A stretch of DNA of 63,043 nucleotides, the filler included, from Stramenopiles sp. TOSAG23-2 (taxonomy: Eukaryota), in assembly GCA_900128395.1 (NCBI GenBank). It is 11 parts of 11 records of this genome, joined end to end, with 100 filler letters (N's around TTAATTAATTAA, not from the genome) between each part and the next. Parts side by side here need not be neighbours in the genome. Positions count along the whole stretch, not along the records: positions 32,581 to 40,607 come from LT650247.1; positions 40,708 to 48,718 come from LT650248.1; 9 more parts are not named here. One strand, 5' to 3'. This document shows, piece after piece, positions 33,247-46,100 of the stretch. The position numbers were made by a program, and so were the translations under genes. Numbering within the stretch: position 1 is the first letter of the stretch; each line of letters begins with the position of its first letter. The notes beneath the pieces were generated by a model. It was not told where the DNA came from, made no database searches, and was given only the letters and a program-made list of their open reading frames with translations.

Positions 33247-36200
33247 ATGGAATCGTATAGGAACATGATCCATGCATTACAATTTTTGTTATTATTTGTA
33301 TTATGCAATTTCATATGCATATCAATTTGTACAGCAAATACTCATCAAGAGTTTAAACGTATGAATACGTTGTTAACAAAACAACAAACAAATAGTAAAC
33401 GAATTTATGGTAAGCAACCTGGGAAACCAATTGTTGTCCCGGAACATGGTATCATTATACATAAGAATCATTATAGTAGCCAACGCGGTGCATCGACGCC
33501 GCGTGGAATTCATATGGATTTAAAAGCTGAAATGCAAGTACAAGATGAAGAACCAAAAGATGCTTTATGGGTATTTCATTACGATAAAACATATGTACCA
33601 AAACTTAAATTTGATTTAGCAAATATTAATAGTACAGTTTATTTTTATGAACATGAAGATTGGATAGTCAACACGGACGAGGCAACGCGAATGTCGGAGC
33701 GCATCGTGTACATGACTGCAAAATATCCAAACGCTACATGTTATTGTAGGACAGAAAATGAAGGTGAATTTTTAACATGCCGTTGTGAACATTTTGCTTC
33801 GACTAGAAAAGCACCAAAAGTGAAACATTTTAATATGTCATCATATATGCATCATTTAGTAGATCATCATAAGAAGAAAGTGGTGAAACCAAAAGTGGAT
33901 GAAGGTGCAATAAAACGTAGAAAAGAGCAATTGTTCAAGAAAGTGCAAGAGGAAAAAGCAAAGAAAGCGGAAGAAGATGAGAAAAGAAAAGAATTCGAAG
34001 CAAGTAAAGCATGGAAAGCGTGTTATGAAAAAGGTGACTGTGAATTTAGTACTGCACCAACAAAAAAGAAACCTGTGAAAGACTTACCTGGCCCACTACC
34101 ACCAACTGCTGATTTTGGACCAAATACAGACAAACCAATAGTAGATACATGCGATCATGAATGTAGTGTAACCACATTAGGTAATTACACCGTATGTTAT
34201 GCAGCATGTCAAATTAGACTTTGTGCATTGAGGCGTAGAAAAGCAGTAGCAACGGAAGCGCGTATTATGGATCAACTTGCACAAGTAGGAGAAGCATTGT
34301 CAACGACGGCTGATGCAAGTTTATACCAAACTAGGCGCGACACGAGTAATGTATATCACAAACATTTAGTAGACCAACGCAAGAAATTAGTACTTGCACA
34401 AGCTAGTGCAATTAAAATGCAAAAAGATGCAGAATTGTGTCATGGAAAATGGACAGCACAAAAAACAAAACAACAAGTTGCGTTACATACTGAAATTGAA
34501 CGTCAACGTCATTTAACATTACGGGAAACATTTGAACATGGCGATTTAAGCCATCTAGAAGATGATGCATTAGCTGCTAGATTACGCGCAGCTCGTCGTG
34601 TACATGCACGTATTAAAGAAGAGTACGAACGTATGACAGGCGAAGCAGTTGCCGATTCCAAAGGAGATACAGCTGCTGCGAAATGTTTCTTAAAGAAAAC
34701 AAATGAACGAAAAGAATTAGATAAACAATTAAAAATCAATAGTGATCAATTAAGTAGAACGACGGAGATTCTTAAAAATTGTAAAGTAGATCCAGAACGA
34801 CAAGGTTGCAGTGCTGATCGTGTCCTGAAATTTCAACAAATTGAAACCGATTTAGCAAAGCAACAAGAAATTTTAAGAAAAAAATGGGCTGGTATCAGTG
34901 AATGCGTAATGCAACATGATTGTGCACGTGAAAAATTAGAAGTTTTAAAAGGGGAAATTGCACAAGCAAGCAAATTGGATGAAGAAGCATCTCCACTTCC
35001 TATGGATAAATATTTTGGAAAAGTACCATTAGTACCTGCGGTAAAAATAAGCAAACCACCAGTAGCGCCAAAATTAGACGAAGATGGTGAATTTAATTAC
35101 GATAATAATGGTTTTGAAAACAGCACGGGCGCATCTAGTGCAACCGGAAGTCAAGCCGGCCCAACCGGTATTCGTGGTTTCAGCACGGAGGAAGAAGCTA
35201 GAACGGCATATGATGACAAGACAGTGGAAATGTGCAAAACGGAACCTAATCCAATTACATTTACATTAATTAAAGGTGAGCAATTCAACGCAGATGATAC
35301 TATTTATGTACGTGTAAGTTGTAATTCAAGCGATGCGAAAAGTAATTTTGGTGTATGGACCTCACATCATAATCCACGCAATGCAACAAATGCTGATGGG
35401 ACGGAAGTTGCGGATATTATCTGGCATCAAGAAGCAAAATTGTTAACCGGTCCAGGTGCAGCGACAATGGATGATAGTGGAAAATGTTACATGCATGTAT
35501 ATGGTTGTGAAGAACCTGAATGTCTCGGTACGCCAGCATCACATAATGATAATGCATTTGTAGAAACAGTACCATTGCCAATGCGTAAAGGAAAAGGAAG
35601 TGTGAAAATCTCAAAACATTGTGGAGGCACAAATCCAGCTGGTTGTGGTGTTATTAAATATTCCATGTTCTCGAAATGTTTAAATGTTAAATCATTATTA
35701 AATCAAACTACGCTTGCGAAACACCAACAAGAGATTAAAAAAGGTGAGGAGGAGAAAGAAGGTGAATTAAGTAAAATTTTAAATGGAGATGATACTTCAT
35801 TGTTGGAAAAAAGAGCAGAGAAGCCACCAATTAATGATAAAAACCATCATTTCACAGATAAACATAATATGGATAATTTTGAGAAAGGCACGCCATTTTA
35901 CATGTTAAAAGAGCACTTAATCTCGGGTAAAACACCGCCATGGGGCAAGATTGACGTCAAATTCCCAAATATTGGTGGCCTAGCAAAAACGACCATTAAA
36001 CGCGAGATGTTACAGCGTGATGTTGATACAATTGAAGCGTGGTTAAATGCAACTGCTGGTAGGGCAGAATCAGATCGTGGTAACTACACACAAGCATTGA
36101 AAAATAAAATCGATGTAAATGAGAAACAAACGCGCGCATCCAAGGTTGTTCGATGTTTGAATCTTGCTCGTGGCACGCCATTATTTGTTACGTTAGAAAA

Positions 36201-39200
36201 ACAGTTGATCAAGGAAGGCATCATTAGAGTTACGAAAGATCACCGTGGATTTCCTAAAGGTTTCGAAGCAATGAAATCACCGTTGCAAGAAGCATGTGCG
36301 CAAGTTGAAAGTGGAGCCCATTTCGCTGATGCACTTGGAATGAATGCTCAATTTATTGAAGTGGAAGAGTCAGGTTATAAATACGATTTCAATGCTCGAG
36401 TTGAACGTGCAACTAAATTAGATTTTGTTTCTTTCCTGGAAAATGCAGAGAAACGCATTTCCGATGGCAAATCCATGACGCATGAACATATGGCGAAAGT
36501 ACAATGGGAGCTCAAGCAAGTATCTGAACTTTTGGCGGAGAAAGGTATTAATGGTAAAGTTACTGCAAACAGCCCTGTTGCAAATCGATTGTCACCAAGC
36601 ACATATGCCATGGTAGTTGCACGTGATCAGTTAAGTGCACAATTAGAAAATGGCGGTTCTATGCGTTTCCGTGAGGGCATGGCTGTAAGTCAAGGTGCTG
36701 CTATGGTTCATAAAGCAACACATATCGATAGCGATGATTTCAAAATGTTAGTCAATGCGACATTGAGTTGCTTGTGTTATGGAAATGGCATCAATGGCCA
36801 AGCGTTAGAAGGAGAAGCATCAACTTCGTGTGGACCGGCACCAACGCCATATCCTGTATCGATGAAATTTCATACATCGCCAGTATTCCCATTGGCACAT
36901 TTGCCACCTTCCCGCAATGAATTAGCAGACCGAAGAAGAGCAGAGATGCAAAAACGTTTACATAAAATGCAATTGGAATTGGAAAAGAAGATTGAAGCAT
37001 TAACAGAAGAATCTAGAAAAAGAGCTGAACAAACTACTGCTGATATGAAAGACACTCTTTCTAAATTGCACACTCGTCGTATCAAATTAAATGAGCAGAC
37101 TATTAAATATAGGAAATGGTTGAAAGACAAAGTAGCCATGGACAAAGAAATTTTGTACAATAAAAAGATCAAGTTTAATAGTACCCTACATCAAATCATG
37201 AGGCAACGCGAGGAATTATTCAAAAAGCAAGAGGAGGAAGATCATAAATTAGAGGAGAAGAAGAAGGCACACATGCGCAATTTGGAAAAAATGCGCCAAG
37301 AAGAACAAAAGTTAGAAGATGACATGAGATTGCAAGATCAAAAAAGCCAAGAAGCTTGGCGAAGAGAGCAAGACAGGTTAGATGAATTGTACATCTCAGA
37401 ACGTTCCCGACGCGATAAATTAGCATTAGGATATGCACAAAGTTCGGAAAAATATCGTTTGGAACTAATGCAAAAGCAACGTCTGATGCGTGGTGCATAT
37501 GAAAGTGAATTGAACAAACTAGAGAGTTTACGAGACACGGCAGTTAATGGTGGAATGCAAGAATTGTCAACAGATAAATCGAAGAGCGGCAGTAAATTAC
37601 GCGGCCGTGTACCATACATGCAGCATGGTGGCGTAGGCGTAGTTATGACACCCGAGGAGATGAAATCCGAGGAAGAACGTGAAAATGGTAATAGACGTGG
37701 CGCACCAGTTGCGAGTGCGAATGCAAGGTTCCCAAAATATTGGAAGTACGGCAAATCTGCAAATCGATTTGCAAATACGGGAAATCCTGTATGGATTCCA
37801 TTGCCATGCACTGGCTCAGCAAAATCAGCTTCAATGAGCATAGAAACTAGTTGTGATTTAAGAGGAAAAGTTGAACGTGGCGAAGCCATTCGTGTTGGCC
37901 GTCAAGTATTTCACATACCACGAACTGGTGGTGATTTCAATGCAAAGAATGTACCTTTAAATGCACCGGTTGGCGTTGAAATGGAACAGGAACCAATTTT
38001 AAGACTATTACCAGGTACCGGGGGGGAAACATTTGCAACTATGGAAGTTGGATGCTTCAAAGAGACGCTTGATCGTAGCAGCAATACATTGCGTGCATTA
38101 GAAGGAGAAATGCAAGATGCAATGAAAGCAGCTGCACAATCAAAGAAACATGATTCAGATATTGCTAAGCAATTAAAAGATGTGCAAGCAAAAAGAGCAG
38201 GGGCAGAATCCAATGCAGATAAGAATGCAGATCCAACCGTTTTGAGAGAGAAAATGAAAGAATTTGATGAGCAAATTAAAGGTTTAAAAGAACAGAAAGA
38301 ATCAGCAGATACACGCGACCAAAATTTACAAGACGAATTAGCAAAAGCAAAAGAAAGCGCAAAGAAAGCAGAATCTGTTTTGCAAAGTAAAAGTGGTGCA
38401 CAAAAAGCACCTGATAATTTACCATCTGTCTTGTCTTTCCAAGCTGACATCGTAGCGGATGATTTAACGCCGCAAAAATGCGCAGCTGCATGTTATAAAA
38501 TCAACGCAAACTTTACATACGCTGGTCTGAAAGCTGGTAAATATTGTTTATGCGGCGAAGAATTTAACGATAAAGAGAAAGCAACCTCGACTTCCTGTGC
38601 CTCACCATGCCCTGGTGATGCTAAGGAATCTTGCGGTGGCGTTAACTATGTGGCTGTATATAATTACACAGCTGGTCTTCCACCAGCTGGTATGTCCCCA
38701 GACGAAGCTTGCTCCGAAGCACAAGATAGTGCTTGCAAACGCAATGCAACTCATGTTAAATCGTTATTAGATCATGCTAGAAAAGAAGTAGACGCCGAGA
38801 GAAGAAAATGGGAAGAAGCTGTGGTTCGTTTATCTCGACCAAAAACATGTAAACAATTACAAGGTCTCGCAACAGGCGGTGGCGACGGAATGTACACTAT
38901 TTTTCCACCAGAGCATACAACGTTTGGCTCTGCTTGTGCCGATGAGAAAGGACAAGGTTATAGTGACGAGTGCGCTCGAATTTATAAAGGTGTTGAGACG
39001 TATTGCGATATGACCACAGATGGTGGTGGTTGGACGCTTGTAGGTTATGCTGATCATGGAAAACTGAACGGCAGACTTGTGACTACAAATGGAAAATTCG
39101 ATGCTAGAACTCGTAAAGGAGCTGCAAATTTGAACGGTTTGTGGATTGCGCAAGCAAGTAGAGAAATGGCATTTGCATGGAATCCAAGTTACAGTGCTAG

Positions 39201-39396
39201 TGAAAATTTAGTTTCAACAGCAGGGCTGGAATCATACCAAAAGGTTCTTAAATTTGACATACCAAATCCTTCCCATCAAACCGTAGCACCTGAGCTACAT
39301 GACAAGAGATCATGTGATAGTTCTATGTATAGTCGTACCACAGTTGCGTGTTTGAAAGGCCAATGTAATATGCCAAGGGAGATGTACACTGGTACG
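33247..39396 (+). CDS. Giant secreted multidomain protein: coiled coils, interrupted WSC domain, fibrinogen/intelectin-like domain; true C-terminus lies inverted at 40340-40552
   Basis: Signal peptide; VGCFKE...LTPQKCAAAC...YAGLKAGKYCLCG...CPGDAKESCGG (WSC); PKTCKQL...GMYTI...YCDMTTDGGGWTLV (FReD). Confidence 0.85.
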
Positions 39397-40090
39397 CATG
39401 TTTGTATTGGAATTGTATGTAGATAAATTAATTGATTTATTTGATAGCGGCCAAGATGGAAACGGGGAAAGGATAGTCATACGTAAAAATAAATTTGGCA
39501 CAGTAATGCCGACTGGTGTTAATGTGCGCATAGCTTCCAATGCACAGGATTTATATAATTTTTTAGATGAAGCGACTCAAAGAAGAAAAGTTAGTAGTAC
39601 AAAAATGAATGCGGAAAGTAGCAGATCGCATTTAATCGTTAGTATCGTTTTGAAGTTGAAAGATAAGCAATCTGGAGATGAGAATGAAGGTAAAATAACA
39701 TTAGTGGATCTTGCAGGTTGTGAACGAGTGAAAAAAAGTGGTGCGGAAGCCCAGGCCTTGAAAGAAGCGCAATCTATTAATACTAGCTTATCAGCGTTGG
39801 GCAATGTTGTTTCGGCTGTCCTTTCTGGGCAAAAACATATACCATATAGAAGCAACATTTTAACATTGTTAATGAGTGACACAGTTGGAGGAAATGCGAA
39901 AGCCCAGATGTTTGTTAATATTAGCCCCGCCGACTATAATGCGGAAGAAAGTGAGAATTCACTGACGTTCGCTCAACGTGTGAAGCAAGTCAAAAACCAA
40001 AGTAAAGCTGAACGGGATGCAGAAAAAATGAAAATAAAATTGCAAAAGCAAGTGTTAGAGTTACAGAAGAAATTGGCCAACAAAGGCTAA
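39392..40090 (+). CDS. C-terminal half of a kinesin motor domain (kinesin-14/KCBP-like), P-loop missing
   Basis: LELY, MNAESSRSH, LVDLAGCER, HIPYR, GGNAK; begins at the inversion junction. Confidence 0.9.
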   Translation, partial: VRMFVLELYVDKLIDLFDSGQDGNGERIVIRKNKFGTVMPTGVNVRIASNAQDLYNFLDEATQRRKVSSTKMNAESSRSHLIVSIVLKLKDKQSGDENEGKITLVDLAGCERVKKSGAEAQALKEAQSINTSLSALGNVVSAVLSGQKHIPYRSNILTLLMSDTVGGNAKAQMFVNISPADYNAEESENSLTFAQRVKQVKNQSKAERDAEKMKIKLQKQVLELQKKLANKG

Positions 40091-40339
40091 TATACGTGGT
40101 GTGCTTCCTTTTTTTTTTTAAATAAATAAAATGTCATTTTTAAATATTAATTTCATGTGTGTTGAAAGGTTTCCTATATACAAGTAGTAGTCTAATATAC
40201 CTTATATTACACTGGATTTTTATTTGGTATTATTTATCTTTTATTGGTCCTTATTTTAAATATCATATCATAAAAACTTTTCTTTATTTTACTTTTAATT
40301 TTTTTTTATACACAAAATACTGAGAAATCCCTTTCCGTC

Positions 40340-40607
40340 CTATCGTACCCAAATGGATACTACACTTGGAATTTCAGCATCATTTGAACCAGCTTTACGG
40401 GTTTTATCAACGACACCAACACATTTTGCTGTATCATCTACTGATACATAAAATGCATTGTATGCCTGCGCATTAACACTCCAGTCACATTCTCCTTTCT
40501 TTGGAGTTGCCACTAATCCATACGCATGACCACTACAAACACCAAGATCGTCCGTACCAGTGTACATCTCCCTTGGCATATTACATTGGCCTTTCAAACA
40601 CGCAACT
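40340..40607 (-). CDS. Displaced C-terminus of the 33247 gene
   Basis: 40553-40607 is the exact reverse complement of 39342-39396 and continues in frame DDLGVCSGH...SIWVR*. Confidence 0.9.
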
Positions 40608-41240
40608 NNNNNNNNNNNNNNNNNNNNNNNNNNNNNNNNNNNNNNNNNNNNTTAATTAATTAANNNNNNNNNNNNNNNNNNNNNNNNNNNNNNNNNNNNN
40701 NNNNNNNAATGTAATTGAAAAAAATGTTGAAACGAAACTTTTGTTCTGTAATATCTATCTATCTATCTATCTATATCTTGTTCACACGCTGCGATTCTTT
40801 GATGTAAGATATAGAAGGTAATATTATCAATATATCCTTGTGTATTATTATTTTTACTAAATTGTATGTTTTGTATCACTACTTTTTTTTTTTTTTCCCC
40901 TTCCTAATTTTTCTTGAACTAAGATATTATAAAATATTGAAAATGTGTAAATTTATCAAATTTTTGATGATGATGATGAGTACAAAAAAAAATATAATAT
41001 TTTTGTAAAACGATGTAATAAAATTTAAATAATAGTTTGATCAATCTTTTATGACGATTCAATGATGTTAACAAATTCTTATTATTTTCTTTAAGAAGCT
41101 TAACTGAGATGTTATATCCTTTTCTAGATTTGATCGTCTTGATCTTCATATTTTCTATTTTGTTTTAAATGAATTTTTATCACTTTTTTAATGAATTTTT
41201 GTGATGAACAACTGCTGCTGGTCCTGCCCGCTTGTTGTTG

Positions 41241-41352
41241 TATTGCCTTAGGGATTGCCGATTGCTGGATTGCCAGGATTGCCTTAGGGATTGCTGGATT
41301 GCCTGGATTGCCTTAGGGATTGCTGGATTGCCTGGATTGCCTTAGGGATTGC
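41241..41352. repeat. Short tandem repeat of GGATTGCC/GGATTGCT and CCTTAGGG units
   Basis: Directly visible. Confidence 0.85.
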
Positions 41353-41449
41353 AGGTGCTATTGTTGCTAGACGACTACAGTATTATTCTAATTATTAACT
41401 AATTCACCTGCTAAGAGATAAATACATTTGATCCAATTTCGTTCCGTTT

Positions 41450-41885
41450 GAACCCTACTCTACAACTCTATTAGAATGCTATTCATATGCTAAAATTTTC
41501 AATAGGTCCGCATTTCATAATCTGCCCTGAACCCTACTCTCAACTATAATCCTATTCCTATGCTAATATTTTCAGTCCGTGAATCCTACGCTACAACTCT
41601 ATTATTATGCTATTCCTATGCTAATATTTTCAGTCCGTGAACCCTACGCTACAACTCTATTATTATTCTATTCCTATGCTAATATTTTCAGTCCATGAAT
41701 CCTACTCTCAACTATAATGCTATTTCTATGCTAATATTTTCAGTCCGCGAATCCTACGCTACAACTCTATTATGATACTATTCCTATGCTAATATTTATG
41801 ATGCTATTCCTATGCTAATATTTTCAGTCCGTGAACCCTACGCTACAACTCTATTATGATGCTATTCCTATGCTAATATTTTCTG
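41450..41885. repeat. Minisatellite, ~52-58-bp units, about 7 diverged copies
   Basis: GAACCCTACGCTACAACTCTATTATGATGCTATTCCTATGCTAATATTTTCAGTCCGT consensus. Confidence 0.9.
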
Positions 41886-43153
41886 TCTTGGTCCGCATTG
41901 AATAATCTGCCGGGCTTGCGTAACTACAAGGAGAATCTACACTATAGATAATGCACTACATAGCATTGGACCCCTCAAACATAAAGGACCGTTGTAAATG
42001 TGTGATGTGTATTTTGTCATATTGCCATGTGGTTATCCTAACGATTGTGGTACACATCTTCGTAATATATAAATATGAATATATATATATATATATGTAG
42101 ATGAAATGAGAAAGTCACAAGAGAAAAGTCAAAAGAAAGTTGAAAGATACATTTTATCAAATGGTATATAATAGATGGAAATGTTGAATGCAAAGCGAAT
42201 GATACAGATAGTCGTTAATGGAAAGAAGGTTGTTTGCCACTAATAAGATCAATTTGTTTTTGCATGATGTGTAGATGTGTCATTTTCAAATAGCATTGAA
42301 ATAGCATTGATATAAATAACATAAAAATTTAACCTTAATCATAATAATATGTAGCTTTAGACTACTAATTATTATACTTAAATATATGATATTTTCCTAC
42401 CGACTTCCGGATTAGCGGGTACACAGGCCTGGTTATTTATAGTGAACAAATAACCAGTGCTGTGCAGGCGCATCACTTTTGTGGATAATGGACCCCATTA
42501 CGAAAGAAAAGATATAAATTAGAAGGACAAGAAAATATATATACTCGCGCGTACATTTTTTTTCAATATTAAAAAAATAATAAAAAATATAAAATATTAA
42601 AATATAAATTAAACTTAAATTTTAAACATCTTCTAATTATATTATATATATCTTAATTTTCTTGTATTTTATTATTTATTTTATATTTTTATAAAATACA
42701 CAAACATATTATGCACACATATTTCAAAATATGCTGGATTGACCTGCCTATTCAAAATATTTGTCGATATCATTTTTACATACACATATACATATACATA
42801 TACATCGTGATTCAGAGAGAAACGTGGTGGTGGTTTGAAAAAAGGGAAAATAATTCTGTTAATGCATGCGTACTTGCGAACGGTTTAAGAAATGAAAGAT
42901 TACCATGTTTAACAATAACAAGTGGGGTTTTACTATGTGTGATTTTATATACTACTGTATGTGTGTGTTTATTTATTGGTCATGTATTTGCACTTCAATT
43001 TGCACGTTTGATAGGTGGAGTTATAATGTGTGTGAGTGGTCAGTGAGAGTATTTAACGTATTTTTCCGCCGCTGTTTGATTTCCATCTGCGCCAGCACAG
43101 GTACCAATAGTACCAACTTCACGACAACTACCACATTCGCTCTCAATGTATTC

Positions 43154-46100
43154 CTACCATATAGCATTCCTACCAAATCTAACATCATCACAATATTTAT
43201 TCCGTTTATCCCAATTTTCTTTATCATCCTTCTTGATTTCTTCAGCACAGAATTCAAGTTTTGCTTTTAGAGTTTTGCTATATGCTACATCCATTTCCTG
43301 GTCTCTTCCATCTGCCTTTTTACATTTTTCAAACGAAAATTTGTCCTCTGGGTATTTTTTCTTGCATTCCTTTTCTTTCTCTATCCTATATTCTTCTGCT
43401 TTCTTTTCGTTTTCTTCTGCTTTCTTTTCGTTTTTACGTGCTTCTTTATCCTCGTAATATTGAGTAGCATATAGCTGAGCATTATGTCGATAACATGCCT
43501 TATCTTTACCAAAACAAATAGCTGCCCCACGTTCACCAGAAAATATGCCAGGACCTAAAGGTACACGCATGTCACTTGTTATGATGCGTTTTGGTTTCCT
43601 ATCTTCTGTTAAAGAACGCAAAAAATCTCCAAAGATTTCATTATAATCATCTCGGTCTTTTAATTCTTTATCTATAAGCTCCACATAATATTGACAAGTA
43701 TATTTACAACTTTTGTCACAGTACTTCACCCCATCCTTCATCCAATCCTGTCTATTTTTAATATCTTCTACTGGGCACCCCCAAAGACCATAGATTTCTG
43801 ATGTTACTTTCTGAATTGCTGCAGTTCTTTCTGCTTCAGCTCTTTTTGCTTCAGCTCTTTCTGCTCCAGCTCCAGAACCACCACCAGCAGCCGTTTCGTC
43901 TTTTTTTGCTTCAGCAGCGTATTCTTTCCATTGATTAAATGTTTTTGAACCATCGCAATTATCGATGCAATTATGTGTTGATAGAATTTTTTTTAGTATC
44001 TTTGCAAGGGGGTCCTTACCTTCTTTAATTACGCCGCAACCTTTCCCATGTATGGCTTTATTTTTGCTTATTTGCATTCTATCCAACTGCACAATTTGAA
44101 TCCGTTCCCGCCTTGATACCTTTCTATCTTTTGGCTTCTTGTAAACGTCGTATAAAGGACCACATCCAAAATAATTAGGGTTTTCAATATATCGTTTTGC
44201 AATTGTACCACCATCATCTTTTTCATACTCGCTGGCGGAAGATGGACAAACACATGCGGGTTGGTCATTATTAAACATTTCTGCTTGGGAATTAATAGCA
44301 CCCTTTGCAATCATGCGACCAACAAAGCTTATAAATACGTACTTTCTGAAACTGCTTAAAAATTTTTCTAATCCTGGAGGCTTGTTCTCCAAAAAACCAC
44401 CTACAAGAGTATCCAAAGTCATTTCTGCAGCAGTACATGCAACAAATGCAACTAGGCCGGCACCTCCAGTTGCCGCCCCAGCAGCAGCTGCACCAGCTGT
44501 ACAAAGCAAGGTAAAGCCAAAACTTACAGCGTCTTGAACAACAGAGTCTGTTAGTTTTTCCAGTCCTTGTAACGAATGTCGTGCAGCACATTCTGAATCC
44601 GTTTCTAGCATTTCAACCTGCTGCGTTACGCCATTTTCGTCTTCATATGTAAGGTCTGGATTGCACCCAGCCTTCATTTTCATGTCTTCTTTTAAGCAAG
44701 GGCATGCCATATTTGTAAAAAATTTCGTAACTGCATTTTTAAATTTCTTATAGAGTTTATAAATTGCAACAGCACCCTTTACTATTGCGCCACCGAATTT
44801 TCCTATTTTCTCACTAATTTTTGTAAAGGCTTTGGACAACTTATCGGCAAAACTCTCCAAAGCCGTATTACTACCTATGTATCTTGTTAATTTGTCTTTT
44901 AATGTCCCTAATAACTTTGAGACAATTTGCTTGTGTTTCTCATTTAGTGAATCAAATGACTCTTCACCACATGTTTTAATATTTTTAAGGAGAGACGCAA
45001 CTTTGTCTCTGTCGTCACCAATACCAGCAATTACGCTTTCTATACCACCTACGCCTTTCTGTACTATGGCATCAACTGCGTCACTAGCTTGTACACCTAT
45101 CCATACAGCGCCACCCAATGCAGCTTTACAACCACCAGCTTTACTGATCGTTTGTAAAATTTTATCTTTGATGGAATCTATCTTGTCCAAAGCCGTTATA
45201 ATTTTTTGTAATGGTTTTGGTAAATCTGCTGTTTCTAACTTTGTAGTTTTTATTTCTACCAAAACCGTTTTTAGACAGTCTGGTATTTCTTCGGGGTTGA
45301 TGCCTGATTGTCCCATCATGTTTTGGCACTTAACAACGATGCTTGAAATTTTGCGAATATTTTTACTAACATCTGTTATTTTAGTTTTAAGCGTTGCTGG
45401 TAGTATGGTGATAGTGTTAACATTTTTTTCAAGTTTTACTGAACAGCCTTTTATATATTCTGCTACAGCTCCAACATTTTCTACAAAATTAGTATCTGTA
45501 AATTCAAAATTAGTATTATATGTATTACATTTTTCAACGATACCAGCAATAGCTTTAACATTATCTTTGAAATTCTTCCATTTTTCTGGCAGTTTATCAT
45601 TACATTTTACAATGCCGTCTGTTGCATCCTTACTAAATATTGTAGAAATTAAATTACCAATACTTTGTTGTTGCAGTGAGCTGCCTTTTTGTTGTTGGTT
45701 GAGTAAAATTTTGAAAATATCCTTGCATGCGTTAAAAACGTCTTCAACTTTGCCTATTGCTTTTTGTATATTTGCAAAAAAGGTATTTAAACTACCAGCG
45801 CTATCACCCCCACCCGTTGTGCTACCATCCTCGCCATTTACACCCGTTTTGATTGCATCAAAACACGTCGCAATGTCCTTTGTAGTTTGGTCGATATCAC
45901 TAAAGATATTGTCTTTGGTAACACGTTGTTGCTCGTTTTGTCCGCTGTCATCTGAACCAAACAAACTTTCAACATTTGTCATAATATTTTTGCAATCTTG
46001 TATAACCTTGTCTGCCCTTTTTAAAATCATCTGTAGCGGAGCTAATTTTTTGAATGTTATTTTTTCGGCACATTCTTTAATTGTGGCAGATGATTTTACA

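Noticed and set aside
39397-39426. Programmed frameshift fusing the secreted protein to kinesin
   Set aside because: The kinesin lacks its P-loop half and the real C-terminus is present inverted nearby; an inversion junction explains it.
41450-41885. CRISPR-like repeat-spacer array
   Set aside because: The variable parts are mutated versions of one unit, so it is a minisatellite.
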